A stretch of DNA of 64,000 nt from Mobula hypostoma. Taxonomy: Eukaryota. This document shows, piece by piece, positions 1-13,078 of this stretch (position 1 is its first letter; each line of letters opens with the position of its first letter). The notes beneath the pieces are model-generated. The model had not been told where the DNA came from. It saw only the letters and a list, made by a program, of their open reading frames with translations, and did no database searches. A program made the translations under genes and the position numbers. The stretch lies in contig NC_086097.1 in NCBI RefSeq assembly GCF_963921235.1, positions 149,670,001-149,734,000 of the forward strand, in the 5' to 3' direction.

Positions 1-1046
1 GCAAAGAGTGGTTGTAGATGGGTCATATTCTGCACGGAGGTCGGTCACCAGTAGAGTGCCTCAAGGATCTGTTCTGGGACCCTTACTCTTCGTGATTTTT
101 ATAAATGACCTGGATGAGGAAGTGGAGGGATGCTTTAGTAAGTTTGCTGATGACACAAAGGTTGGAGGTGTTGTGGATAGTATGGAGGGCTGTCAAAGGT
201 TACAGCGGGACATTGATAGGATGCAAAACTGGGCTGAGAAGTGGCAGATGGAGTTTAACCCAGACAACTGTGAAGTGGTTCATTTTGGTAGGTCAAATCT
301 GATGGCAGAATATCGTATTAATGGTAAGACTCTTAGCAGTGTGGAGGATCAGAGGGCTCTTGGGGTTCGAGTCCATAGGACGCTCTAAACAGCTGCACAG
401 GTTGACTGTGTGGTTAAGAAAGCATGCAGTGTATTGGCGTTCATCAATCGTGGGATTGAATTTAGGAGCTGAGAAGTAATGTTGCAGCTACGTAGGACCC
501 TGATCAGACCCCTCTTGGAGTACTGTGCTCAGTTCCGGTCGCCTCACTACAGGAAGGATGTGGAAACCATAGAAAGGGTGCAGAGGAGATTTACAAAGAT
601 GTTGCCTGGATTGGGGAGCATACCTTATGAAAATAGGTTGAGTGAACTTGGCCTTTTCTCCTTGGAGCGACGAAGGATGAGAGGTGACCTGATAGAGGTG
701 TATAAGATGATGAGAGATATTGATCGTGTGGATAGTCAGAGGCTTTTTCCCAGGGCTGAAATGGTTGCCAAAAGAAGACACAGGTTTAAGGTGCTTTGGA
801 GTAGGTACAGATGAGATGTCAGGGATAAGTTTTTTACTCAGAGTGGCGAGTGCGTAGAATGGGCTGCTGGCAACGGTGGTGGAGGTGGATACGATAGGGT
901 CTTTTAAGAGACTTTTAGATAGGTACATGGAGCTTAGAAAAACAGAGGGCTATATGTGAGCCTAGTAATTTCTAAGGTAGGAAATGTTCAGCACAAATTT
1001 GTGGGCCGAAGGGCCTGTATTGTGCGTAGGTTTCCTATGTTTTATG
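1..1046 (+). mobile_element. CR1 LINE, 3' part (RT C-terminus, 3'UTR, tail), disrupted
   Basis: VPQGSVLGPLLFVIFINDL and KFADDTK motifs; LEYCAQF.SPHYRKD; RRRMRGDLIEVYK; 3'UTR gggccgaagggcctgt and a tttctatg-type tail. Confidence 0.95.
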
Positions 1047-1299
1047 ATCATGGAAATTCACTACCATTTGAGCAAATGTCACACATTTGAAAGGAAGCTT
1101 GTCAAGTATATGAGAGAACAGGTAATGGAGGGTTGTACTGATAGACCCAGAGGAAGAAAGATGAGAGATTGCTCAAGTACAGCCTGATGAATACCGGCTG
1201 CTTTAAGAAAGCGACCCCTTTTATGCCATTTACCCTGTATAGTCCAACCTAATATCAATGGACTAATAACCAAAGAACACAACTAAGAACTTTACTGAG

Positions 1300-1595
1300 A
1301 AAATTTGAGTTCAGTTTTTAAAAAAGGGAACATAAAAGAACTGCTTATGGTAAAGTGTCTATGAATCTGTTAGATAGAAAACTTGAATAGTTTGCTAAAA
1401 TAATTTTAGGAAGGAAATCCAGCATCCCTATCCAAACTAGTCAAAATGCAAGTTCTGCCCTGTTACTTGACTCCTAACTTCCCTCTAAGTTAGTCCAGCA
1501 AAGCTGCCCCAGCAGTGTGTCAAAGAGCACCACGACCTTTGTTTTCTAACTTGTGCTAGGCTACAAATATCAACATCCAGAACATGACATTTAAA
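1300..1595 (+). mobile_element. Highly decayed Deu-domain SINE (SacSINE1/AmnSINE-like)
   Basis: aggaaggaaatccagcatccct...ttgactcctaacttccctct...ccagcaaagc resembles the Deu core as I remember it. Compared by eye only. Confidence 0.4.
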
Positions 1596-2429
1596 AAAAA
1601 ATAAAAACTGAAAATGGTGGAGACGCATACCAAATCAGTCAACGTCAGAAATACAGAAAGTAAGATTTTGATCAATTTGTAACCCTCTATAAAAAATTGT
1701 TTGCCCAGAACTTTCTAAACTAAATGAATCTTCAGTTTTGGGTGTGAAATGAAGTAGTATAATTTGCAGTCTGGCGCAGACTTTTCCTTGTTCTACATTC
1801 TATGGATGGAAAGTTGTTTTCCACTTTCTCAAACACAGAGTTTAAATGCGCAATATAAACAGGAGCACTAAATGCTAGCAATTTATTTCACTGAATTCTC
1901 ACAAGCCTCCTTTATAATTTCTCTTACACATTGGAGATAATTTGATAGACAGGAATGTGATGGTGCCTGGCAACCAGAGAAACAGATTACAGAAGAAGTA
2001 TTTGATGCAACGTTCTCTATTTGAGTGCATATCTTATCTCAGTAATCATATTTTGACTGAGGCTGTTACATTCAGTTAATAACAGCTTTTTTATTAGAAT
2101 GAAGTGACTTTAGAAGCTACATCTTTACATAAATAGAATATTTTTTCCATATAGATAAGGAAGATGTTGAATCTTTTGATATCTTTAAGTTACTTATTTC
2201 TGCAGTTGGCAATCATTGGAACATGAGGATAGCTCTTTTAAATGAAATAAATGAGATTATATTAAACCTTGCTTCATTAAATCTTGAAATTTGATGTACT
2301 GTGCAAATAGTAAGGCAGCTCTAAATATTTGGAGATCCTCTGCTAGAACTAGTTGTGCAAAAAAGGGCAGGGAAATAAGACCTATCAAAGTAAGTGTGTT
2401 CAACTCATTTTAAAGAGAAACTATACTAA

Positions 2430-3190
2430 TTTAAGAAGTAGGAGTATAAGCATGTATTCAACACCTTGAGCTTGCTTTGACATTGACAAAGATAACTTTC
2501 CTCAAATGTCATTCAAAGTTCAAGTTCAAAGTAAAGTAATTATCAAAACATGTATATGTCATCACATGCCACTCTAAGATTTATGCTCTATCCAATATCC
2601 CTTGGTGCCTTTAATGTTCTGAAATGTTTTTACCAATGGTCTAAATCAGGGGTAGGCAACCTTAAGCACAAATGATTTTCTTGCATGTGTTATTTATTAA
2701 TTTGAGACAAAACATAACTAGATGTATTTAAATGGATAATTCCCATATTTCAAGTTTTTTATGGCATTTATCTGGCCCTCCGTCTGCTCATTAATACACG
2801 ATCCGACCCACAGAGGCAAAAAGGTTGCTGACGCCTGGTCTGAATGAACCCAATGACTAAATACCTACAGCCCCTGGTTAGAAAATTTTAAAAATTCACC
2901 ACCTTACAAGTGAAGAAATTCTTCTTACTTCGATCCTAAATAGTCTATCTCTTATTTTGAGAGTATGACCTTTAACTCTGGACCTATTAGCCAAGGAAAA
3001 CATGTAAAGCTATCTAATTTCCATTGTTCTAAATTCTGAAGAATCGGGGTCTAGCCTACTCAATCTCTCATAGATTATTTTTTATCATCGCAGGAAGCTT
3101 TACTGCACTTCCTCTACAGTAAGTGTACCCTTCAGGCAAGGAAACCAAAATTGTACATATCATAGGCAGCCCCGGGTTATGGGCTTTATA
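2430..3190 (-). mobile_element. Old CR1 3' remnant, host of a hAT MITE
   Basis: Reverse-strand CR1 3' motifs: agaagtaggagta..., aattcaccaccctt...gtgaagaaattcttctt, tattttgagagtatgacc. Confidence 0.55.
2647..2837. mobile_element. hAT (Charlie-like) MITE, 191 bp
   Basis: TIRs caggggtaggcaacctt / aaggttgctgacgcctg (14/17 match). 8-bp TSD gtctaaat (2639-2646) / gtctgaat (2838-2845). Confidence 0.85.
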
Positions 3191-4299
3191 GTTGTGGTAA
3201 TTTCCCCTTACAGAATTTAAAAATTGGTACCCAAAATTTGAGATATGGAATAAAATTTGCTCTTGTGTAACTAATGTGAAAAAGAATAAATACAACTTAT
3301 TTTTCAGCTCATGTTTGTTAATGTATGTGCAAATGATGTGGCTTTCCATTATGGAAAATCATGAGACTGACACATTTCTATGAATTTATATATCCCCATA
3401 ATGCAGGAACTGTCAGTACTTCAAGTAAGGTCACAGCCATGCCCTTTAGTTTACTTATGATATAACTATGACAGAAGTCATGGTTGACAGATTTCAGCTG
3501 GGGAGTTTCAGGGTTAAAATTAGTTTCAGGATTGTTAATGATGAGCAAAAATGCTGTCAGGCATTCATCAAGGTGAGTAATACAGTCAATTGCTTGACAG
3601 TCACATCAGTATATCGTGTTCTCGTTTCAAAAACTCATTTCCCAACTTTGACAGAATGAATAATAAATACAAATTACAATGTGTTAATGTGACAATATAG
3701 CAACAATATTGAACAGCAGACCAAAGGCAAAAATTGAAAAGAAGCACAGCTTCTGGAAATCTGAGATAAAACAGAAAATATTGGGAAATCTCAGCAGTTA
3801 GGTAATAGAAGCCATTAACATTTCAGATTGAAGATGCTCCTGAATGGATTAGGTCTGACCACAGATGAAGTTGTTAATTGTGTTTTAATCTGAGAGCAAA
3901 AACAGTGATTCACAAGGATGGTTGCATGCTACAACTTGGAGCAGAAGGACAAGGATTTTGGAAAAATTTGACAAAGGATGAAACTTCCAAGTAGGCACCC
4001 AACCATAGTGGTCATTCCTAATCTGGGAAATGTTAATGAATGAGAAAAGATATAAAGAAGGCAACTGATAATTCAAAGTGAGAGTAGCCTCCGAGATTAT
4101 GACCATAGAAGCATCAGAGTTGCTGCTATAGTCATATAGGTAGAAGATAAGTTAACTCTTCCCTATATGTGAGTTTGGCACCAAATGTGTGTACAACTTA
4201 ATCAGGAACCCCCAGTTCATCTGGTCAGTTAGATACAGGTTAGACCCAGCCTACCATCAACCAGTCCACCGCTACCATGTACCTTGCATAATATTTGAG

Positions 4300-5085
4300 G
4301 GTATTGGTAATGGTATTGTTTTATTATTGTTACATGTGCTGTACTGGGATACAGTGGAAAAACTTTCTTATATACCGTTAACTCAGATCAAACCAATACA
4401 CAGCTCTTTGAGGTAAGGCAATAACAATACAGAATAAGGTGTAGAAAAACTACCAAAGGAGAGCAGTGCAAGTAAACGATAAAGTGCAAAATCATAGCAA
4501 TGTATATGTGAGGCTAGGAGTCTATCTTATCGTACAAGGGGTCTGTTGAAAAGTCTGATAACAGTGGGATAGAACCTGTTCTTCAGCCTGGTGATATGTG
4601 CTTTCAGGCTTTAGTATCTTATGCCCAATGGGAGAATGGAGAAAAGAGAATGTCTGTGGTGGGTGGGGTCTTTGATTATGCCGGCTGCTTTAGTGATGCA
4701 ATATGGACAGATTTCAGCGAGAGGATTTTGGTTCCTGTGATGCGCTGAGCTGTGTCTATATCTCTCTGCAGTGTCTTGCAGTCATGTGCAGAACAGTTAC
4801 CAAATGAAGCTGGTATGCCTTCAGACAGAATGTTATCTATGGTGCATCCATGAATATTGCTAAGAATCAACAGGGACATGCTGAATTTCTTTAGTCTCCT
4901 GAGGAAGTAAAGGCATTGGTGAGCCTTCTTGGCCATGACATCAACATGGTTGGTCCAGAACAGGGTATTGGTGATATTTACATGTATGAACTTGAAGATC
5001 TCAACCTCAGCATCATTGATGTAGACTCGAGCATGTTCATTGTTCCTCTTTCTGAAGTCAATAACTAGCTCATTTGGCATTCTGT
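4300..5085 (-). mobile_element. Rex1/Babar-like LINE 3' fragment
   Basis: ORF 4676-5080 contains ELVIDFRK...FKF...KKAHQCLYFLRRLKKF. Family-typical 3' end ttattattgttacatg near 4320. Confidence 0.85.
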
Positions 5086-5993
5086 ATAATGATATTGGTG
5101 TTTGAGATTGGCTAGTGCTGTTTTACAAAGGTATATAAACTGTGTCTTGGCATGGTGTGTTTCTGTAGGCTAAACAACTCATTCAAACACTCCAATAAAA
5201 CAATGCTACATTATTGGGAATATGATTTAGAAATACAGAAGCTGCCTTGAAATGGAGGGCATACTTATTGACACATTAGAGTATTCCAGAGTCCATGAGC
5301 CTGTAGGACTTTTCACATGCTAATATGGTCAGATCAATGAATGACCTGGGTATTTAACTGAGAAACAAAGCACTGCACTATTTTCCTGAAACTGCTGACA
5401 TTATGATGGATTAATTTTGGTTGTTGCCTCTCAGAAGTTTGATCTTTCTCTCAATCAATAATGGAGTGTATGGAAGCCTGAAGTCACAAATTCTATATCA
5501 TACATGAGAGCTATTTTGTTTTGGACGTTGCCAGGTTTTTTGAGTGTTGTTGGAAATGCACTCACTCAGACAATCTGTAGCATGGCCAAAGAGATTTAAC
5601 ATTATTCAAACTAAAGCACTTTTTCAGTGGGACGTCTACTTTCTTAAATGTTCACTCCTTCTGCTGCTAGGATGTTATGCATACTGTGCAGCAAACTTAC
5701 CTAGGCTAATTTAGCAGATGAAAGAGCACATACCTGAAAAATTAATTCCTTTTTCTTTTCACCATTGTTGCCTAACCTGCTGAGGTTTTTCTTTCCATTT
5801 TCCAAATTATTAAAGTTTCTGCAATGCAGCTTGGAGACCTACAATGCAGCTACTGTAACACAGTATTCTTGTGGATTCTGTATCTCCTGAGCAAACTGTT
5901 AGGAAGGTAGTTGATGAAAATTAACATACTGATAACAATTCACTTTCAACACTAACTCATGTTCTTTTCTTAAATTTCTTCAATGTTTTCAAG

Positions 5994-6158
5994 GGAGGAT
6001 CAGCTCTCTCTCCAAGTACGGTGATGAGTAAAAAGAGAGCACAGGAACAAGTAATCAACTTGGCTAAAGAGGTTGGCTGTCCAACTGATAACAAGACCAT
6101 CCTTTTATCTTGCCTTCGTGGTACACCTGCATTGACTCTGAACACAGCACAAACTAAG
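5994..6158 (+). CDS. TG: Thyroglobulin coding exon (human exon 42 equivalent), cholinesterase-like domain
   Basis: Acceptor ttttcaag ends at 5993 and donor gt starts at 6159. 165 bp, phase 0-0. Translates GGSALSPSTVMSKKRAQEQVINLAKEVGCPTDNKTILLSCLRGTPALTLNTAQTK, which matches human TG GGSALSPAAVISHERAQQQAIALAKEVSCP...CLRQKPANVLNDAQTK (from memory). Confidence 0.97.
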
Positions 6159-7854
6159 GTTGGTAATCATTCATTCAATAATATTTGAAGATATATTACT
6201 GTATAGCATCAATCATTCATAGAATCTCCCATGCAAAACACTTCCTGTTAAAGTTATATTTTGTCTAGACACCTGTCACGAAGATATGAAAATTTTTCCA
6301 ACAATCTTGTGTGCAAACAGCCAAGCAGAAGGCAACATGCTGTGAAATGTTCCTTGCCCATTGAGATTCTTATGACCTGAAATGGACTGTCTGCGACACT
6401 GGTGGAAGTAGATTCAATAATAAATTTCATGAGGAAATTTGATTAGAAATTGAATAGGAAAATTTTGTAGAGTTCTGGAAAGAGGCAGGGCTGTGCAATA
6501 ATAGGTTTCAAATAACCAAAATTGGCTCTTTCGTGTTGTATAAATCTATGAAACTTTGATGCAAGGCACTTGGTAACTAGGTAATCCCATTGACAAGATG
6601 CCAGGGTTGATCACACAGCTAGCTTTTGCTCAAATATTAATTGCTTGCAGAAGAAAATGGCTACAAGTTCCAGTATCATCTTTCTGAAGGAGAAAGAATG
6701 CTCAATGTTGAAAGAGAAAAAACAAAACCATGGGAGGCAAAGACTCATCCTAAGTTTTATTTTGATTCTGACTGGATGATTAGACAAAGAAAAATAACCC
6801 TTCACTTCTGATTACTGCATCCAAATCCAAAACAAACTTATAGGATGCAAATCTGCCAAATGGAAGCTTTTTAAGGAAAGTGAGTCTGAACAGTTGTAAT
6901 CAGATGTCAGAAAATAGCATAAAATAACTCGTAACTTATGTAAAAATCAGCACACTAAACTTCTCAGTTTTACAACTTAATGCTTCTGTCATGCAAAGGT
7001 CTGTGCCACAGTTGCATCTAAGCTCTTGGAATTATTAAAAAGTAACATATGATCACAGTAGAGTGCCGTTGCAATGCTTTGAGCTTAAGGTATGGTTTTG
7101 GAATGAGTACTAAGAACATTAGAAAGGAATGAAAAGGTCATTCAATCCATCTAGTCCTTTGTTTACAGGGAGAGATTCTGTCAAACCAAACTGCACCTGG
7201 ATTGGCTTAATCACATGCAGAAGGAATTCATACCAAGCAGTGATAACTCTTACAAATCAGTGAACGAAAAATTAAAATGATTTATGAGCCTTGGAACACT
7301 CCACTGCATTTGTGCCAATGACTAATCTGGACATCGGCATCTGAGTTTTAAGATTACGTAAGCAGCGATCAGTAGAGAGGGCACAGGGAGAAACAGTTGG
7401 AGCAGACTGTGCTGTGGGAGAGCCAAGAAAGTGTCAGCATAACTGGGTGGAATGTAGACAATGGTGTGTTATGAGCTGAGGAGAAGAGAGTAAGGGAGCT
7501 TTTGTGATTTGAATCTGTGATGTCCAGTCAAGCAAGGCTCTGTCATCGCACCATTATCTCCACTCCAACAAACTGAGTTCTGCAGTGGAGCAAATCCGCA
7601 GGATGTGCAGAAAATCATTCCTCTCTCCAGAACCAAGATCGGATGAACTTCAGTTAGAGTTATTAGCCAATGAGCTCTAAACTGTTGTTGAATTCTTTAT
7701 TGGATTATAAATATCTGATGATCTTGATCCTTCACCCAACTAACAACCGTATCCCTTCCCTCCTCACAACGAGCACACTACCCCTGACAGTTAGTATCCT
7801 AATATGTATTGATGTGCAAATGATACATGAGATCTGGTCCTGTGCAATGAGACA

Positions 7855-9776
7855 GGTAAAATTAGTGATCTTGTAGTTAGGAACCCTCTTGGAAAGAGTG
7901 ATCACAGTATGACTGAATCCTCATACAAATGGAGGGTGCAATAGTTCATTCTAAAACCAGTGTGTTATGTGTAAACAATAGAGACTACAATGGGATGAGG
8001 GAGGATTTGACTGGGAACACAGGCTATATGGTGGGATGGTTGAGGAACAGTAGGAGATTTTTAAAGAGGTTTTTCATGGTGCTCAGCAAAGGTATATTCC
8101 AGTTAAAATCAAGGACAGTAAGGGTGGGGAGGGCCAGCCTTGGATAACTAAGGAAATAAAACGAGGCATAAAACTAAAGGTTTAAGTGTACAAAGTCGCT
8201 AAGGGTCGCCAAGAGTAGTGGGGAAACTGGGAAATCTTTAAAAAGCAACAAAGAAAGGGAAGATAGATTATGAAAATAAACTACTGCAAAATATGAAAAT
8301 AGATAGTAAAAGCTTTTATAATTACATAAAGCCGAAAAGGGTGGATAAAGTGAATGTAGGTCCCTTGGAGGACAAGAGGGGGAATTGATATTGAGCAGTG
8401 AGGAAATGGCCGAGGCTTTGAATGACTATGTTGTGGGTCTTCATGGTAGAAGACACGTCTAACGTGACAATGAGAGATGTTATGGATGCGATAGGAGGTG
8501 AGGACCTCAATGTAAATAGCTATCACTAAAGAGGTAGTGCTGAGCAAACTTGTGGGCCTGAAGGTAGACAAGTCCTCTGGTCCTGATGGAATGCATCCCA
8601 AGGTACTGAAAGAAATGGCAGAGTTTATAGTTGAGGCTTTGGTGGTAATTTACCAAAATTCTCTGATGTCTGGGAAGATCGCGGTGGATTGGAAGACAGT
8701 GAATGTCATGCCGCTGTTCAGAACAAGATGTAGGCAAAAGGCAGGTAACTATAGGCCAGTTAGTTTAACATCTATAGTGGGGAAAACTCTTGAAGCTAGC
8801 ATTAAAGAAGCAATAGCGAGGCATCGGGAAAGAAATGGATCCAGCAGGCAGACACAGCATGGATTCAGCAAAGGCAGGTCCCGTCTGACACACCTACTGG
8901 AGTTCTTTGAAGATACGAGTGCAGTGGATAGAGGGGAACAGATGGACATTATTTACTTGGATTTCCAGAAGGCGTTCGATAAGGTGCCGCACAAAAGACT
9001 TCTCCATAAGATAAGGACGCATAGAGTTGGGGGTGATGTATTAGCACAGCCAGAGAATTGGTTAACCAATAGAAAGCAGAGAGTTGGAATACAGGGGTAT
9101 TATTGTGGTTGGCAATTAGTGGTGAGTGGCGGTCTTGCAATTGTTCACGATATACATTAATGATCTGGAATAGGGGACTGAGTGTAGTGTATTGAACTTT
9201 GTTGATGACACTCAAAAAAAATTGTGCAGAAGATACGGAGAGTCTGCTGAGACATAGATAGGTTAAATAAGTGGGTAAGGGTCTGGCAGATGGAGACAAT
9301 GTTGGTAAATGTGAGGTCATTAACTTTGGAAGGAAAAATGGAAGATCAGTTTATTATTCAAATGATAGAAAAAATCATAGCGTACTGCTGTGCAGAGAGA
9401 CTTGGGCGTGCTTATGCACACAAAAGGTTGGTTTGGGTGCATCAGGCTATCAAGAAGGCAAGTGGAAAGTTGGCCTTCAGTGCTAGAGGGTTTGAATTTA
9501 AGAGCAGGGACGTTATGCTCCAAATGTACTGGGTACTGGTGAGGCTGCACCTGGAGTACTGCATGCAGTTCTGGCCTCTACTTGAGGAAGGATAAACTGG
9601 CTTTGGAGTTAGTGCAGAGGAGGTTCACCAGGTTGAATCCAGAGATGAGGGGGTTAGACTATGAGGGGAGATTGAGTTGCCTGGGACTGTATTTGCTGGA
9701 ATTCAGAAGAATGAGAGGAGATCTTATAGAAACATACAAAATTTTGAAAAGGATAGATAAGATAGAGGCAGGAAAG
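7855..9776 (+). mobile_element. CR1 LINE ORF2 remnant (end of endonuclease through RT)
   Basis: KSSGPDGMHPKVLKE, NYRPVSLTS, YLDFQKAFDKVPH and RRMRGDLIETYK motifs, with frameshifts. Confidence 0.93.
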
Positions 9777-10019
9777 TCTATGTGGATAACTTTGCATATC
9801 TCAGGAGCCACCCCTCAGTAAAGACAATCATCAGTGACAAAGTTTCCAACCACCTCCAGTGTTTTAGCACAGTCTTCAGCCATTATAGAAAAGTAAGAAC
9901 CAAGGCCACAGGTCTGACACCAAGCTCATGGCCTACCAACCAGCAGTGATCACAGCTTTCCTGGAGATATGGTATGGACAATAAACAGTAGGAAGCTTAA
10001 GGACTGAGAAGGGCTATGA

Positions 10020-10495
10020 GTGCAGGATATGGGAACCATCAATCATATCATCTCAAGGCAATATTTGCAGCATTGAAGCTTTATTCAAGTCTCTAATCAT
10101 TGTGAAGCAGCTTCAGTGGCCAAGCCACATCATTACTATTCCTGACATCAAATCCCCAAAGAAAGCACTCTACTCCAATCTGTATAACAGCAAGAGATTT
10201 CAAAATGAACAAAGAAATGCTTCAAGAACATCCTCAACGCTTTATTGATAAAGCAAAGCACCCCATCAACTCATGGGAGTCACTGGGCCACTTAAAGCGA
10301 TGGAGCTTCCTAAAGATTCCAGGTATTTCAGATATCTAGGATAGAAACACATGAAGATTAAAGCAAAGAGCATGTGGGCACCATAGCCAAGGAAGCACCA
10401 TGTAAGAAACTATCAATCCATTCACCTGCCCTGTCTACTTCTACCTGTCCAACCCATGGCAGAGTTTGCAGATCCCACATTGGACTCATCTCGAT
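10020..10495 (+). mobile_element. Decayed RTE-clade LINE 3' fragment
   Basis: cagcttcagtgg...cacatc...aaagcactctactcc (QL.W..H...KALYS) and a C-terminal zinc-finger remnant TCPTHGRVCRSHIGLIS. Confidence 0.6.
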
Positions 10496-10496
10496 G

Positions 10497-10605
10497 CATG
10501 AAGACTGCACATGCTGGAATCTGGAACAACAAGTAATCTTCTGGAAGAAATCAGCGAGTGTAGCACCATTTGTGGGAAGAAACAAATTGTTGATGTTTCG
10601 ACTTC
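10497..10605 (-). mobile_element. Penelope-like terminal repeat (pLTR)-derived short element, decayed
   Basis: gaagactgcacatgctggaatctgg...ctggaagaaatcagc...gttgatgtttcg is the reverse complement of the family seen at 23988-24147. Confidence 0.65.
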
Positions 10606-11182
10606 ATGATACATCCCGCCCCTGCCCACAGATTTGTCATGGAAGCAACCTGTCTTACTTCCTGAGAAGAAGCAATGTTAGACTTACCTGAAGTTTAAAA
10701 TACTACAAGCTTATAAATCAAACTGCGTTTGGAGTAAATGAGAATCTACGAATCTTGATGTAATGCCTCAATAACGGAAGCACAGAATTGTTTACTTACC
10801 TTGTTGTCTTATTTGAGTATATTGAAGGATGATTTTCATTTGTAGGTTTTCTAAATATCCATAGTACCTTGAAAGAGTATTGATACATTCAAACGTAAGC
10901 TTGATGCATTCTTAAAAAACCTAACAGTTTAAGAAACAATATATCATTAATGTCTTGAATCTAACTTGTTTTAGGGAACTGTTAGCTTTGAGCCTACTTT
11001 TCCCAAAGTTTCTTCTGGAATTTTCCTTACAGATAATTGGATGCATAGTAAAGATTGATTGAATCAAGTAGGCATTGACTCAAACGTACCATGTGATTTT
11101 TTTTTTGTTGCATTACATGTTGCAGTATGATGAAGGAGAATAAAGACTGTTACCTTTTGTCATCCAGTGTTTCCTGTGAAAT

Positions 11183-11428
11183 CAGCACTTTACAGTACCA
11201 GCAACCCTGCTGCTGTCTGTAAGGAGCTTGTATGCTCTCCCTGTGACCATGTGGGTTTCCTCCGGGTCCTCTGGTTTCCTCCCACAGCCAAAAGACATGC
11301 AAATTGGTAGGCTAATTGGTCATTGTAAATTGTCCAGTGATTAGGCTAGGAATAAATCAGGTTATTGCTGAGCAGCACGGATCAAAGGGCCAGAAGGGCC
11401 TACTCCACACTGTACCTGTATCTCAATC
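11183..11428 (+). mobile_element. tRNA-derived V-SINE (HE1-like), 5' damaged
   Basis: V-domain ctccctgtgaccatgtgggtttcctccgggtcctctggtttcctcccacagcc and CR1-like tail gggccagaagggcct. Ends about 70 bp before the exon 43 acceptor. Confidence 0.85.
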
Positions 11429-11499
11429 TCAGTATGTTACAAGGTAGTATATTCAGGCAAGGTTTTTACCTGCACATTTGTTTCTGTTTGATCCCACAG

Positions 11500-11667
11500 C
11501 TGTTATCAATCAGTGGGCCATTCCAAACATGGGGCCCAATAGTTGATGGGATATACCTACGAGAATCCCCTCTCACAGCCTTCCCTAATAGACGATTCCA
11601 TGCAGTGGACTTAATGATTGGGAGTGCAGAGGAGGACGGGCTTGTCAGAAGATCCAAAGCAATTATG
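11500..11667 (+). CDS. TG: Thyroglobulin coding exon (exon 43 equivalent)
   Basis: Acceptor cccacag and donor gtaaga. 168 bp, phase 0-0. Translates LLSISGPFQTWGPIVDGIYLRESPLTAFPNRRFHAVDLMIGSAEEDGLVRRSKAIM, which matches human LLAVSGPFHYWGPVIDG...VDLLIGSSQDDGLINRAKAVK. Confidence 0.97.
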
Positions 11668-11714
11668 GTAAGATGAAACTTGATTTAAGAAATGCCACCA
11701 ATATTTTTCTCTAC

Positions 11715-12090
11715 TATATAAGAACATAAGAAGCAGAAGCAAGAGTAAGCCGTAGTCCTTTGAGTCTGCTCTGCCTTTCAATAAACCTTCATCTCAAAGC
11801 CACTTTATTGCACTCTCCCAAATATATTATCCTCCATAGAGTTTAGATGTCTGACAATCTTCACCTTGAATATATTCAGTGATTTTTGCCTTCTCAACTC
11901 TAAGGGGTAAAGAAAAGTACACGGGCTCATGAATCTGAGAGTAAATTTCTCTTTTATCTCTGTCAGGACTGTGTGGCCACATATTCTGAAACTGTGCCCT
12001 CTAATTCCAGATTGGAGGGGATTAGAGGGCACAGGGGAAGAATCCTCTTTCCATCCATCTAGTCATTCATCCTCAGGATCTTTTATGTGA
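11715..12090 (-). mobile_element. Old CR1 3' remnant
   Basis: taagaacataagaagcagaagcaagagtaagcc tail and ctgaaactgtgccctcta motif. Confidence 0.7.
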
Positions 12091-12129
12091 AGTAATGTGG
12101 CTCAGTAATGTAACTGTATTTATCTGAGT

Positions 12130-12675
12130 CTGGAAACAACCTGAAAGCACTGGAAGCACTCTGCAGGTTAGTCTACTTCAGTAGAATGAGAAAGGGAGTT
12201 AATGTTTCAGGGTGAAGAACTGGGATAGAATGAAAAATAAGACAATTTTAAGTTGCATAGAGGGTGGGGAAGGGACAGATAGGGCAAGGGGATGATGACA
12301 GGTTCGCCAAGGTGATACTAGGCTACTGAAGCCCTCTGGCTGTTGGATTATAAGGCGGTGAGAGAGAGGGGACAACAGAGGAACGTGTAAAAACTGCGAA
12401 ATGTCGTCACTGCTGTAAGAAGTGGCCAGCAAACCAGTGTTATCAGAAAGAGGAAATACAATATTAATATTATTGATGAATAACTATTTCTGATTCAAAC
12501 TATGAAAGCAAATTACCTGAAATTTTTGAGTTTGATATAATCCGGAAGGCTCTGATGCACCCAGGCAGAAAATGAAATATAATTCCTAAAGCTTACACTT
12601 AGCCTCACCAGAACAGTACAGCATTCCACAGGCTGAAAGATCAGAGTGGGAGTGGAACAGAGAAATAAAGTGACA
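12130..12675 (-). mobile_element. Decayed Penelope-like element (pLTR plus end of the GIY-YIG region)
   Basis: pLTR-like ctggaagcactctgcagg...ttaatgtttcaggg and aattacctgaaatttttgagtttgatat...gatcagagtgggagtgg, similar to the reverse complement of 38060-38110. Confidence 0.55.
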
Positions 12676-12989
12676 ATTTGAAGTCCTCACTTTCTGTTTG
12701 GACACATTGTTACTTCAAGTATACCATACTGTAAATCAGCTAAGTTCTTATGTTTGACTACTGTCCAGTAAATCACAAATATAAAGTGTGTGTGTGAATA
12801 TTTGCTTGCACTTGAAATGTTTGTGTCATGTGTAGACATCGCTGACAAATAAAAAAAAGCTACCACTTTCACCTCCATCAGAGTCATAGTTGTTCATACC
12901 TTGGCAATGTCTACTTGGATGAGGTACAGGAGAGTTCTGAATCAGAAGACAATGAGAATCAGAGTATTTGGTAAAAACATATGTCCAGT

Positions 12990-13078
12990 TCAATGCTTGA
13001 GGAACTCAACGGGTCAGGCAGCATCTATGGAAATGAATAAACTGTCGACATTTTGGGACAAGACCCTTCTTCAGGACC
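12990..13078 (-). mobile_element. pLTR-derived short element with an inactivated hammerhead core
   Basis: Minus strand reads gtc-ctgaaga-agggtcttgtccc-aaaatgtc-gac; the GAAAC motif is mutated to AAAAT. Confidence 0.75.

Noticed and set aside
10682..10692. Minus-strand donor CAG|GTAAGT
   Set aside because: It resembles the Penelope-derived motif also seen at about 12511 (ttacctgaa), so it is likely repeat-derived.
11365..11676. 103-aa ORF as a standalone gene
   Set aside because: Its 5' part is V-SINE tail and intron; only 11500-11667 is a TG exon bounded by splice sites.
12990..13078. Functional hammerhead ribozyme
   Set aside because: The essential GAAA is mutated. Other decayed pLTR-like copies (about 1600, 3750, 10500, 20600, 61020) also lack a full core.
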